44,291 nt of DNA from an uncultured bacterium. Lineage in GTDB: Bacteria; Electryoneota; AABM5-125-24; Hatepunaeales; Hatepunaeaceae. A model generated the notes under the pieces. That model saw nothing but the letters and a program-made list of their open reading frames with translations, was not told the DNA's origin and did not search any database. This document shows, in pieces, positions 30,301-39,039 of the stretch. Numbering within the stretch: the first letter of the stretch is position 1; each line of letters starts with the position of its first letter. The position numbers and the translations under genes were made by a program. Location of the stretch: the NCBI GenBank assembly GCA_964484805.1, contig CAZAGU010000004.1:1-44291 (forward strand). The letters are read 5' to 3'.

Positions 30301-30771
30301 CGCTTCAGCAAGGATGACGGCGGTCGCTGTTTCCAGCTTAGGACCCGGCGAGGCTTCATCAATGAAGCGGGTAAAGCCTATGACCTTGCCGCTGGGGTCC
30401 ACCTTTACATAGTAACTGAGTTTTTGCTTGGGAATGATGTACCGGTTTGCCCAGTAATATAAATCTAGGGAGTCTCTCGCCAGCTCCGTCATTCTTTCGA
30501 CACCAAGCTCGCGTTGCAGGAACAACGCCGCTGTGCTCGCGCTACTGAAAATCGCCTCAGATCGAAATCCTTCGGTGGGAAAGTTTCGGTTTTCCAGAAA
30601 TGCTTTGGAAATTTCGATGGACTCATTGCGGGATATTTTTATATCAATCCCAACCTCAGGGAAAGCTTTCTGATAATTGAATACTCCGTAAACCAAAGCG
30701 AGCAGTGCAATTAGCGCTGACACAATAATAATCGTCTGATTTGGAATATTTTTGTGTGTGCTTGTTGTCAT
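27364..30771 (-). CDS. Large CPBP (Abi/CAAX) family intramembrane metalloprotease with an internal duplication
   Basis: EELWFR, FMWGFLHS and LVWHF motifs in the first half; the second half repeats the extracytoplasmic and TM units without these motifs. Confidence 0.85.
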   Translation of the reverse strand: MTTSTHKNIPNQTIIIVSALIALLALVYGVFNYQKAFPEVGIDIKISRNESIEISKAFLENRNFPTEGFRSEAIFSSASTAALFLQRELGVERMTELARDSLDLYYWANRYIIPKQKLSYYVKVDPSGKVIGFTRFIDEASPGPKLETATAVILAEAFIRNVLGLDLDQWELVESSNKEQPERRDHYLTYQMRNFKVADAPYRMSITVQGAEIGSFHKYLDIPQEWIHQYKKIRSQNDLFQTIANLFAFLMLIVVFIYLLKHLKARQIPWKTAGMLAIILAMADFLNSINMLPLLEFRLDTTSSYTVFLTQQILIGLLSGFSKGALVLLLVAGGEYLYRGENPFKVSFSHLLSRTGYRSREFFQATLMGYLLAAFHFGFLVFFYVFGEKLGFWAPADIPYSNSISSYLPWLLPLAASLGASLTEELWFRLFGVSFFRKLTKSVVLAVIIPAFMWGFLHSSYAQIPGYVRGVEVGIIGIIAGVVMLRFGIWATLVWHFVIDAVFIGLFLFQSSNTYLMVSGLIVCGALAIPGIWAGIVYLRKRGFADEGEIINQANPELPQWEQVFRREKPVKVEIEPAKDKASYWTPGKKKVALILGIVGMAFIFLPYSNYLGDSYQPTVSRSEAVALAKEQVVEKYAINPDDYLMTVTDIEYNMQFEAGVEKGLNRNLPYLKKFGDLEMARYLLFGEHGAPMSRWLINFQKPDELESFKVSIDKVHGIYDVLHEIPDSLAGAQLTLDSAQVIAEQAFKSIEPDWQKYELVSASDKQQPNRVDHYFMWKTTEPVVAEAKLVRYVNIKGDEVIARRLGGIYVPETWTRREKETTLLSTILGALMIGLLLGMAVYCVLNLGKRLVKHDLRWRNGIIAGAVVFIASCLSWVNNLPTFYWNYNSSNPLPTYYTVEIMRFGMLTIFTSLSAVVLVALAESLARGMGIDGGKSESGANSLNLWRVLPFAGLLLASAWIFNEFTAVADMPKHLFPLSVVESATSYLPWFHDFTRLIFLSIVLGSGLMITQAILFHVIRKSWFRWLIIIITVAVFAGNDFRQGINPSNGEYLWSMVGALFKVLIYTYGAKWLMTGKTWHLIIAAMVFHLLDYAQPYLIIKDLSYQINGWMLIGIAILLIIFTQISAKFRRNTI

Positions 30772-30793
30772 TTACATATCCTTTAACTGAAAT

Positions 30794-31984
30794 CTATCTC
30801 GGCAAGCGTGCCTCACCTGCTTTGAACACCGCGATTTTTGTAAGTGTGGGGCCAATTATCTGAACCACAAAAGTCGTGGCAGTTATGATGTTGAGCACTC
30901 TTAAGCCAAATGCTGCGCCTTCTGGTCCGGCATTTGCGAAGTCATTTGATGCCGCAATGGCGAGCCCAATCGCAGCGCCAGCTTGTGAAAACAATGCCAG
31001 ACCGAGGTATTTCCGCACATTGGCGGTTGCATTGCCGATTTTTGCCCCGAGGTAAGCCCCGCCAAACTTACCAGCGGCACGAGCGACAATATAGATAATG
31101 CCAATCGCTCCCATTGCCGGGAGTAGCTTCAAATCCAGACGCGAGCCAACAAGCCCAAAAAATAACACATAAATCGGAGGAGCAAAGCCTGCAACTACAT
31201 CATTAAGTCGAGGCGCTTTCGTGGGCAGAAGATTACCCAGCACAAGCCCCATCACCATTGTCGTCAAAATGAGTGACAAATGCAACTGATTCGCTATCCC
31301 ACTGGCGATAAAAACAACAGCCAGCGTGCCAGACAGCTTTTCACCGGGCATGATCAGATATTTCAATCCCCAGGTGATGACCAACCCCAGCAAACCACCA
31401 ATAACGATGCTCCCGCCAAGTTCCTTCAGCGGCTCGACGACCAATTGCATGATGGAAATACCGGCTTCAGGGCTGAACAACGATTTGGCAAAAGGTTCGG
31501 CAAAGCTGTAGATCAAAAGTGCGATCCCATCATCAATTCCCACAACAGCAAGAATCGTCATTGTCAGCACACCCTTACAACGGTATTCTTGAAGTACATC
31601 CACTGTCGCCGCCGGAGCGGTCGCTGATGCCAAAGCCCCAAAGACCAAACCTTCGTAAATTTTTCCTGTCAGTGCCCAAACAGACAACCCAACCAAAACA
31701 AACGCGCCAAACGCTTCAAGGAAAGCAATCCAGAGAATGCTCTTGCCCATTTTGCGCAATTGTTTAAAGTTAAGCTGCGAGCCAATCGTAAAACCAATCA
31801 GCCCCAAAGCGACTCCAGTGACCGCAGCAAGACGAGTCGGATCAATGAGGTGAAATACACTTCGTCCGAGCAGTACGCCCACTAAAATATATCCAACAAC
31901 CTGCGGTACCTTGATCATTCTGAGGAGATTTGCCCCAGCCTGACCTACTAGCAGGATTAAACCAACGAGTAGTAAAATATCCAC
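30794..31984 (-). CDS. Cation:proton antiporter (CPA2 family)
   Basis: VPQVVGYILVG, SATAPAAT, GIDD, RAAGK and SQAGAAIGLA motifs; highly hydrophobic. Confidence 0.9.
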   Translation of the reverse strand: MDILLLVGLILLVGQAGANLLRMIKVPQVVGYILVGVLLGRSVFHLIDPTRLAAVTGVALGLIGFTIGSQLNFKQLRKMGKSILWIAFLEAFGAFVLVGLSVWALTGKIYEGLVFGALASATAPAATVDVLQEYRCKGVLTMTILAVVGIDDGIALLIYSFAEPFAKSLFSPEAGISIMQLVVEPLKELGGSIVIGGLLGLVITWGLKYLIMPGEKLSGTLAVVFIASGIANQLHLSLILTTMVMGLVLGNLLPTKAPRLNDVVAGFAPPIYVLFFGLVGSRLDLKLLPAMGAIGIIYIVARAAGKFGGAYLGAKIGNATANVRKYLGLALFSQAGAAIGLAIAASNDFANAGPEGAAFGLRVLNIITATTFVVQIIGPTLTKIAVFKAGEARLPR

Positions 31985-32082
31985 GATGTATCACAAACTA
32001 AATATTCTCCATTGCATCTTGCTCTCTCAGCGTTGGAGGATGTATTGATTGATTTGATTTTAACCTAATCTTTGCAAGTGAA

Positions 32083-32149
32083 TGCTGCAGGATGTCCTCA
32101 TCCTGCAACCACAGGGCGTTACACCGCATTGTGGAGACACCCTGCGACA
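32083..32149. repeat. REP/REPIN-like inverted doublet
   Basis: Hairpin TGCAGGATG-TCCT-CATCCTGCA (32086-32107) plus a degenerate inverted copy ending GTGGAGACACCCTGCGACA. Confidence 0.5.
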
Positions 32150-32232
32150 CACCTAAGAATTAGCTACCTCAGTATTTCCCAATCCACTTGCAGGATTTGG
32201 GTGTAAATGCTCTCAGGCTTAGTTTACAACGA

Positions 32233-33654
32233 TTACAGCTTAATATCAACTCCCATAATATTAAGCTTCTCTGTTTCCTGAATTTCCCTTGCAAGATTGC
32301 TATATCCATCTTTTCCCATCAGCGCGTAGGTTGCTAACTTCCCTGCTTCCACCCCGGGTTGATCCAGTGGATTTACATTATAGAAAGCTCCCGCGAATAA
32401 CACCGATGTTTCAAGAATGTACATCAGCGCGCCAAGATGCCGCTCGTCAATTCGGTCAAGTTCAATCGTGAAGTTTATCCGCGAGGCTTCATTTAAGGCG
32501 AACTCCGTGGCGCGTCGCTCAGCATTGAGCAATTCGCCGAACGTCCTGCCCATGAAGTAGTCGGTCTCAGGCGCGTCAGACTTCTGGCTGGTTATGGTCA
32601 GATCCGTCTCAAAATCTTTGGTTCCGATGAAGACGATGACCTTGTCATCAGGTCCCTCGATATAAAGCTGAGTCTGAGAATGCTGGTCGGTCGCTCCCAA
32701 AGCTCGCACCGGAGTTGGACCTGTATTTACAATTTTACCATTAAGATCATGCTTTTTCCCCAGTGATTCCGCCCAGAGTTGTCTGAACCAATCTGAGATA
32801 CGAAATAGTCGATTGGCATAACTCATGAAGACATGAATCGGCTTATGTAGCTTAAGATCAGCCTGCACAAGTATTGCCGCTAACATTGCCGCAGGATTTT
32901 CTTGAAAATTTACGGACAGACAGGAATCTGAAACGGTTCGCGCACCCTCGCACACCTTCTCAATATCAATCCCCGTCATCGCCGCCGGGAACAAACCAAC
33001 AGAGCTTAAAACCGAAAATCGTCCACCAACATTATCGTCAATGCCTAGCGTTATCAAGCCATTATCCAAGGCTAATTTCTGCAGAAATCCTGATCCTGTT
33101 CCCGTTGTAACGACGATATGTTCACGCCATTTATCGCCTAATTCGGCTTGGAACCATTCTTTGAAGTATAAAAATTCGGCGATGGTTTCCGCAGTTCCAC
33201 CAGATTTTGAAATCACATTAACAAGAGTGTCTTCTGGGCTAATTACATCAATAGTTGCCCGAATAAAATCTGGATCCACATTGTCAAGGCAAAAATACCG
33301 ACTACCCTTCCGCTTTTCACGCGGGAGTAGGTTGTGTTGTCCGTGATTCAGACCTTCATGAAGCGCCGTGGCACCGAGAGCTGATCCGCCGATACCAAGT
33401 AAAACAAAATTATCAAACCTCGCTCGGAGTTGTCTGGCGGTCGAGTTTATTAAATTTATCGAAGTCGTGTCAAAAGGAAGATCGAAAAAGGGGAGCAATC
33501 CTGAAGCACGTCCAGATTTCAGGTTATTCAATGTTGCTTTGAATTTGCTTTCCAGCAGATCCAAATGGCTTGATGTCAAATATTCAGCGCCTGATGCAAT
33601 ATTTAACTCTGAAACATTTTCAAACGCGGATGAGAAATCAAATCTGATCGACAC
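32233..33654 (-). CDS. pgi: Glucose-6-phosphate isomerase
   Basis: GIGGSALG, ISKSGGTAET, VGGRFSVLS, QLWAESLGK, DQHS and DQPGVEAGK motifs. Confidence 0.96.
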   Translation of the reverse strand: MSIRFDFSSAFENVSELNIASGAEYLTSSHLDLLESKFKATLNNLKSGRASGLLPFFDLPFDTTSINLINSTARQLRARFDNFVLLGIGGSALGATALHEGLNHGQHNLLPREKRKGSRYFCLDNVDPDFIRATIDVISPEDTLVNVISKSGGTAETIAEFLYFKEWFQAELGDKWREHIVVTTGTGSGFLQKLALDNGLITLGIDDNVGGRFSVLSSVGLFPAAMTGIDIEKVCEGARTVSDSCLSVNFQENPAAMLAAILVQADLKLHKPIHVFMSYANRLFRISDWFRQLWAESLGKKHDLNGKIVNTGPTPVRALGATDQHSQTQLYIEGPDDKVIVFIGTKDFETDLTITSQKSDAPETDYFMGRTFGELLNAERRATEFALNEASRINFTIELDRIDERHLGALMYILETSVLFAGAFYNVNPLDQPGVEAGKLATYALMGKDGYSNLAREIQETEKLNIMGVDIKL

Positions 33655-33656
33655 TG

Positions 33657-34700
33657 TTACTCTCCATCATGTTTTTCAAGATAAACTTTGAGTTGATCGC
33701 GAAATGGGAAAGTCCCGAAAACGCCGCCAGTATGCCAGAACAGCGTTGAGCCAGTCAACCTTCCCGCGGCGGCTTCAAACTTCAATCCCTGCGCTGCCTT
33801 ACCTGTATAGACAGGGTCAAGTAATATTCCTTCCGACCGAGCCATCTCGGTTATCACATCGAACACTTCATCATTGGCTTTGGCATAGCCTTCACCAAGA
33901 TAGCCACCAATGACCTTGATATCTTCAAGAGCAAAATCAGCAGCTTCACCATGATATTTCTTTGAAGCATCGACAATTTCCCAGACTCGCTGGGCAGTCT
34001 CTACAGGCGAATAGCAAACAGCCACTGATACAATCTCAACATCCCAGTCATATATCTTTGTGCCGATAATCAATCCAGCGTGAGTGCCGCCAGAACCCGT
34101 CGCACAGATTATCCGGTCGGGCTTATAATTTACCGCCTGACATTGTGCCTTCACTTCGCGAACGGCTTCAACAAATCCGGTTGCCCCGATAGGATCTGAG
34201 CCGCCCTCAAAGATCACATAAGGTAGCTTTCCTTGAGCTTTCAATTCAGAAGCGATTTTGTCTAGTTCCCCCGTCAAGTCAGCTTGATATAGCTCTTCAG
34301 AGATGAACTTGATATGAGTGCCTGCCAACTTATCAATCAGCAAGTTCCCCTCAAGTTCAGTCGGCTCTTCCCCACGCAATAGCAGAGTGCAACCAAAGCC
34401 AAACCGCGCCGCCGTTAAAGCTGTGGCACGACAATGGTTGGATTGAATCCCGCCGCAACTGACCAGAATATCAGCATTGTGTTTCTTGGCATCCGCGATC
34501 AGAAATTCCAGCTTCCTGACTTTATTTCCTGTCAAACCGGAACCGGTCAAATCATCCCTCTTCACCCAGACATCATGCTGCCATAGCTCTGACAACCTGT
34601 CCAGTCTGTACAGTGGCGTGGGAATTTGCGCTATATGTATGCGATCTAACGTGCTTTTATCCTCCGAAAATCCAGTGTATATTGAATATAGGCTTTCCAC
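33657..34700 (-). CDS. dcyD: D-cysteine desulfhydrase / ACC deaminase family PLP enzyme
   Basis: PTPL, KRDD..G...GNKVRKLEF, QSNHCR, GSGGTHAG, LDPVYTGK and HTGG motifs. The true start may be 34652. Confidence 0.85.
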   Translation of the reverse strand: MESLYSIYTGFSEDKSTLDRIHIAQIPTPLYRLDRLSELWQHDVWVKRDDLTGSGLTGNKVRKLEFLIADAKKHNADILVSCGGIQSNHCRATALTAARFGFGCTLLLRGEEPTELEGNLLIDKLAGTHIKFISEELYQADLTGELDKIASELKAQGKLPYVIFEGGSDPIGATGFVEAVREVKAQCQAVNYKPDRIICATGSGGTHAGLIIGTKIYDWDVEIVSVAVCYSPVETAQRVWEIVDASKKYHGEAADFALEDIKVIGGYLGEGYAKANDEVFDVITEMARSEGILLDPVYTGKAAQGLKFEAAAGRLTGSTLFWHTGGVFGTFPFRDQLKVYLEKHDGE

Positions 34701-34763
34701 ATCACAAAAATCAAGACGAAGTAACTCTGTCGTCTTGACTTAGGGATTAACTCAGCTTATATT
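34685..34763. promoter_or_regulatory. Back-to-back sigma-70-like promoters built around a 9-bp inverted repeat
   Basis: + strand TTGACT(34735)-17-TATATT(34758); - strand TTGATT(34714)-18-TATATT(34690); inverted repeat TCAAGACGA-N10-TCGTCTTGA at 34711-34738. Confidence 0.55.
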
Positions 34764-34800
34764 CCATAGATAGAAAGGGTGAATATTTTTACTCACCGGT

Positions 34801-34829
34801 TGCCGTCCAATGGACGGCAGTTTTCTCTT
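34801..34829 (+). terminator. Intrinsic terminator-like hairpin
   Basis: TGCCGTCC-AAT-GGACGGCA followed by GTTTTCTCTT. Confidence 0.55.
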
Positions 34830-35223
34830 GACAAGTTATGCAAGAAATGTTTTGGTTTGGCAAAATGTACTAAATAATGGGCGTAAATGCACTGGTCATA
34901 ATTAACTTAACCGATTGCATCCCCATTTTATCTGTTTTTCTCGTACCAAATAATAGGCAGGTGGTACAAGTATTCAGTAATTTGCTTCCAAACCTATAAG
35001 ATGCATAGCTTGACATTTAATTCAAGTTAATCTGGAAGAACGAAAAAAATGCCCGATTTTTTCAAATTCGGCATTCAAACACCATTGGAAAAGCGCTGCG
35101 GACGCTCTCTGGATCCGATTTTCACAGTTGAATAAAAGGCTTTTTTACTGTGAAAATTTGGCTATAAAAGAACTAGCGGGTACCGGGTGAATTTTTCAAA
35201 CACACAATTTTAGAGGAAATGAG

Positions 35224-36135
35224 ATGAAGGATACAATGTTGCCACTGCCCGAATCCGGAAAAGACGGATTTCTTTTGAAAGTAGGCTTGGCTGAGATGTT
35301 AAAGGGTGGCGTAATAATGGATGTCGTCAACGCCGAACAAGCTAAGATCGCTGAAGATGCCGGCGCTTGTGCAGTGATGGCGCTTGAACGCGTTCCTGCT
35401 GACATTCGTCGTGACGGTGGCGTTGCCAGAATGTCCGCTATATCCATTATTGAAGACATCATGAAAGTCGTTAGCATTCCTGTAATGGCTAAAGTTCGCA
35501 TAGGTCATTTTATGGAAGCTGAAATACTCCAAGAACTTGGCGTAGATTTTATTGACGAATCTGAAGTTTTAACCCCAGCAGATGAAGCCAATCACATTTG
35601 GAAGAGTGACTATCGCATTCCTTTTGTCTGTGGATGCCGCAACCTCGCCGAAGCTCTGCGTCGAATTGGTGAAGGCGCTGCAATGATTCGCACCAAGGGC
35701 GAGGCTGGAACAGGCGACGTTGTTCACGCCGTCAAGCACATGCGGCTCGTTATGTCCGAAATGCGGAAGCTTTCGACCATGAGCAAAGACGAGCTGATGG
35801 CTGAATCCAAGAGAATGGGCGCTCCCTTCGAATTAGTCGCTAAAATCGCCGAAACAGGTAAAATGCCCGTGCCAAACTTTGCCGCAGGTGGCATTGCCAC
35901 ACCAGCAGATGCCGCCTTAATGATGCGTTTAGGCGCTGAAGCTGTTTTCGTCGGATCAGGTATTTTCAAATCTGAAGATCCCACCAAACGCGCTCGTGCC
36001 ATTGTCCGTGCGACGACCCACTTCAAAGATGCTGCAGAAGTCCTCAACGCTTCACGCGGTTTGGGCGCGGCTATGGAAGGAATCGAAGCTGAGAAGATTC
36101 CTGAAAACGAGAGACTTCAGGAACGAGGCTGGTAA
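35224..36135 (+). CDS. pdxS: Pyridoxal 5'-phosphate synthase lyase subunit
   Basis: [32 protein letters not shown] and ERGW motifs. Confidence 0.98.
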   Translation: MKDTMLPLPESGKDGFLLKVGLAEMLKGGVIMDVVNAEQAKIAEDAGACAVMALERVPADIRRDGGVARMSAISIIEDIMKVVSIPVMAKVRIGHFMEAEILQELGVDFIDESEVLTPADEANHIWKSDYRIPFVCGCRNLAEALRRIGEGAAMIRTKGEAGTGDVVHAVKHMRLVMSEMRKLSTMSKDELMAESKRMGAPFELVAKIAETGKMPVPNFAAGGIATPADAALMMRLGAEAVFVGSGIFKSEDPTKRARAIVRATTHFKDAAEVLNASRGLGAAMEGIEAEKIPENERLQERGW

Positions 36136-36749
36136 TGCGAATAGGAGTCCTTGCGATACAGGGCAGTTTCATTCTCCATATTCAATCACTTCAACGATTA
36201 GGTGTCGAAACAATTGAAGTCAGAAACCGGGAACAGCTTGACGAGATTGATGGTCTCATAATGCCAGGCGGCGAATCAACCACCTTTGGCATATTGTTTG
36301 ATAAATACAATCTTGGCGATAGCATCAGTAAACTGGTCACTGATGGTTTACCTGTCTGGGGAACATGTGCTGGCGCAATAATGCTCGGGCGGGGAACCGA
36401 ACGCCCGCAACCGCGTTTAAACCTTATAGACATTGATGTCATCAGGAATGCTTACGGTCGGCAGGTTGATTCCTTTGTTACTCCAATCCAGATTAAGGGA
36501 ATGGATACTGGCTTTCAAGGCGTTTTTATTCGAGCACCGAAGTTTTTCAATCCTGGTCTCGACGTAGAAATTCTTTCTGATCTGAATGGCGAGCCAATTA
36601 TGGCGAGGCAGGCTAATGTATTAATTAGTAGCTTTCATCCAGAACTGACGCCAGATTCAAGAGTGCATCAATATTTTGTCAATGAATTATGTCGTCCGCA
36701 AGGTATCGGAAATGGTGATGCCAAACCACAATCCAGAGTTGCATCCTGA
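36135..36749 (+). CDS. pdxT: PLP synthase glutaminase subunit
   Basis: GVLAIQG, PGGESTT, GTCAG, RNAYGRQVDSF, FIRAP and FHPEL motifs. Confidence 0.97.
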   Translation: MRIGVLAIQGSFILHIQSLQRLGVETIEVRNREQLDEIDGLIMPGGESTTFGILFDKYNLGDSISKLVTDGLPVWGTCAGAIMLGRGTERPQPRLNLIDIDVIRNAYGRQVDSFVTPIQIKGMDTGFQGVFIRAPKFFNPGLDVEILSDLNGEPIMARQANVLISSFHPELTPDSRVHQYFVNELCRPQGIGNGDAKPQSRVAS

Positions 36750-36780
36750 TCCGGTGGTGCAAGGCATCAAATCAACATCA

Positions 36781-36818
36781 TGTTCAGGGGCGGGTCATTC
36801 CACGCCCGCCCCCGAACA
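36781..36818 (+). other. GC-rich intergenic hairpin without a U-tract
   Basis: TGTTC-A-GGGGCGGG ... CCCGCCCC-C-GAACA, just 5' of the GGAGG RBS of the baeRF gene. Confidence 0.55.
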
Positions 36819-36838
36819 CGTAAAACACAGGAGGTAGT

Positions 36839-37957
36839 ATGATAACACGTCATGAGCTAAAAGAACTGGCAACCTACATGAACGAAGATGCTTTTTTTGT
36901 CAGTTTATACCTGAATGTTGATCCAAAGGACAACCCCAAAGATTCATGGCTTCTTCACTACAAAAATCTTGCCCGTGATACCATTTCAAAAACTAATGCT
37001 CAAGATCGTCCGATTATCGAAAAAGAACTCAAGAGGATCGAGAAATTCCTTTCCGATCGTCCTGACGGGCTTAAACGAGGACTGGTTATCATCAGTTGTC
37101 CAGAAAAGAATTTCTGGCGTGTTCACAATACAGCAATGCCATTTATAAATCAACTTGTCATCGAGCACGATCCATTTATCAAGCCACTCGCTTCAATGCT
37201 CGATTTATTCCAGAGGTATCTCGTTGTGGTTGTTGGGAAAACCAAAGCTAGAATATTGATCACTCGCATGGGCGAAATTGAGGAAGTTACCAAAGTTCTT
37301 CACAACACTGATAGTCTCGACTTTGATCCGAATCGTAGCGGCAGTTTGACGGATTCAGCATCACACTCCGAAAAAATGGACGAAAAAGTCTTCAGAATTG
37401 TCCACAAGGATGCTCTTAAAGACATCGAGAAAGTGATGGCTGAAGAAGAAATGAAAAGAATTATTCTTGCTGGAACTGACCGAGGCAGAGCACAGTTCAA
37501 GGATGTGCTTCCAAACCAAATCAAAGAGCGTGTGGTTGCCGAGCTATCAGTTGATCGAAACGGCTCCGACCATGAAATTCTTGAGAAACTGATTCCTATT
37601 ATGAAGGATGTTGAATATCAGTTTGAGAGAAAAGCCCTTGATGAACTATTCGATCAAGAGAAGAAAATTGTCCTTGGACTCTCTGATGTTTTAACGGCTC
37701 TCCAACAGGGCAATGTCCATAAGATGTATGTGCTGACACATGTGAAAGAATCCGGCATGGTCTGCAATCAATGCGGCGCGCTGACTCCAGTGCGCGACAG
37801 TAAGTGTCCATATTGCAACAATGAAATGCACAGCGTGGAATTCATGCTTGATCTGGCAATTCAGAAAGCTATGGATCTTGGCGCTCGTGTAGATATGCTG
37901 GAACATGCTCCCCGTCTTGAGAAGGCGGGCGGTATCGGAGCATTGCTTAGATACTAA
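36839..37957 (+). CDS. Bacterial archaeo-eukaryotic release factor (baeRF, eRF1/pelota-like) family protein with a Zn ribbon
   Basis: N-terminal VSLYLNVDP, PFIKPL, IILAG, GL.DVL.ALQQG.V, CNQC...CPYC and a C-terminal GGIGALLRY. Confidence 0.85.
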   Translation: MITRHELKELATYMNEDAFFVSLYLNVDPKDNPKDSWLLHYKNLARDTISKTNAQDRPIIEKELKRIEKFLSDRPDGLKRGLVIISCPEKNFWRVHNTAMPFINQLVIEHDPFIKPLASMLDLFQRYLVVVVGKTKARILITRMGEIEEVTKVLHNTDSLDFDPNRSGSLTDSASHSEKMDEKVFRIVHKDALKDIEKVMAEEEMKRIILAGTDRGRAQFKDVLPNQIKERVVAELSVDRNGSDHEILEKLIPIMKDVEYQFERKALDELFDQEKKIVLGLSDVLTALQQGNVHKMYVLTHVKESGMVCNQCGALTPVRDSKCPYCNNEMHSVEFMLDLAIQKAMDLGARVDMLEHAPRLEKAGGIGALLRY

Positions 37958-37970
37958 ACCCAACCGGGTT

Positions 37971-38001
37971 AAAAGCTGCCCTTCGGGGCAGCTTTTATTT
38001 T
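37971..38001 (+). terminator. Intrinsic terminator
   Basis: AAAAGCTGCCCC-TTCG-GGGCAGCTTTT followed by ATTTT. Confidence 0.88.
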
Positions 38002-38124
38002 ACTCCATCATTACAAATAAGCTTATCAATTAATTTATCATCCTAACTCTAAATACACTATAATTTGTAAACTCGCTCTTTTCTCCAGAAACTTCTTTGC
38101 AATTTTCCTGAAGAGAATACATAT

Positions 38125-38162
38125 TGACCACATGGTCATTATGGTCATTGACCAGTTGGTCA
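38125..38162. promoter_or_regulatory. Two tandem TetR-type operators
   Basis: TGACC-ACAT-GGTCA (38125-38138) and TGACC-AGTT-GGTCA (38149-38162), plus an extra GGTCA half-site, just before the tetR start. Confidence 0.8.
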
Positions 38163-38175
38163 TTATGAGGTTTGC

Positions 38176-38844
38176 ATGAAAATTTCCAGCACCGACACAT
38201 TCCAGAAAATCAGTCAGGAAAAGCGCGATACCGTTTTTCAAGCGGCAGTACGCGAGTTTGCATCCAATGGATACAATAAAGCATCCATGAATGTTATCTC
38301 CAAAACCGCGGGTATTGCAAAGGGCAGTTTGTTCCAATATTTCGTGAACAAGAGCGGGCTTTTTCAGGCTGTTGTGGATTACACCGCCAATCAGGTTCGT
38401 GATTATCTGCGCGCCGCCCGTGTCGATACAATTGGTTGGGATTTTTACGCCCGGCTTGAGCATATAATGCGCCAAGGCTTTATGTTCATCGAAAACCACC
38501 CGCGTCTGGCAAAAATCTACTTCAACCTTTTACAATCCGACGACGTGCCCGACGGAGCGGAATGGATTTCCAGTCTTAATCTTCAGAGCCGCAAATTTCT
38601 TCAGAAGCTGATCGAAGAAGGCATCGGGCTTGAGGAAGTTTCGCCGGAAATTGACGTTGAACGCATAAGTTACTTGATAAACCTGTTGCTCGAAGATTTG
38701 CTTAGAGCATATTTCAGCAAGCACATCGCCCAAAATCTTGGGCTGTTTCAAGCTGACATTTCTGAGCGCGAAATATGGATTGCCACGCTTGTGAATCTGG
38801 TGAAATTTGGAATTTCAAACCCAGTTCATGCCGAAACGCCTTAG
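38176..38844 (+). CDS. TetR/AcrR family transcriptional regulator
   Basis: AVREFASNGYNKASMNVISKTAGIAKGSLFQYFVNKSGLF helix-turn-helix. Confidence 0.95.
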   Translation: MKISSTDTFQKISQEKRDTVFQAAVREFASNGYNKASMNVISKTAGIAKGSLFQYFVNKSGLFQAVVDYTANQVRDYLRAARVDTIGWDFYARLEHIMRQGFMFIENHPRLAKIYFNLLQSDDVPDGAEWISSLNLQSRKFLQKLIEEGIGLEEVSPEIDVERISYLINLLLEDLLRAYFSKHIAQNLGLFQADISEREIWIATLVNLVKFGISNPVHAETP

Positions 38845-38916
38845 CTTGAATGTTTACCTACGATTATACATGAACTTAGTCAAACATTATGGAAAAGTTT
38901 GCCTTGAAAGCATCAC

Positions 38917-38938
38917 ATTATGACCAGTCGGTCATAAT
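38917..38938. promoter_or_regulatory. TetR-type operator upstream of the ABC-menG-menA operon
   Basis: ATTATGACC-AGTC-GGTCATAAT, a palindrome with 9-bp arms and the same core as the tetR sites. Confidence 0.82.
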
Positions 38939-39039
38939 AATATTATTTCAGGAATCTACACACACTTTAAGGATAATTTTCACGGATATTTTAAACGATA
39001 TCCGAGGTGCTGACAACAGTTTATTTTGTTGGGAGAATA

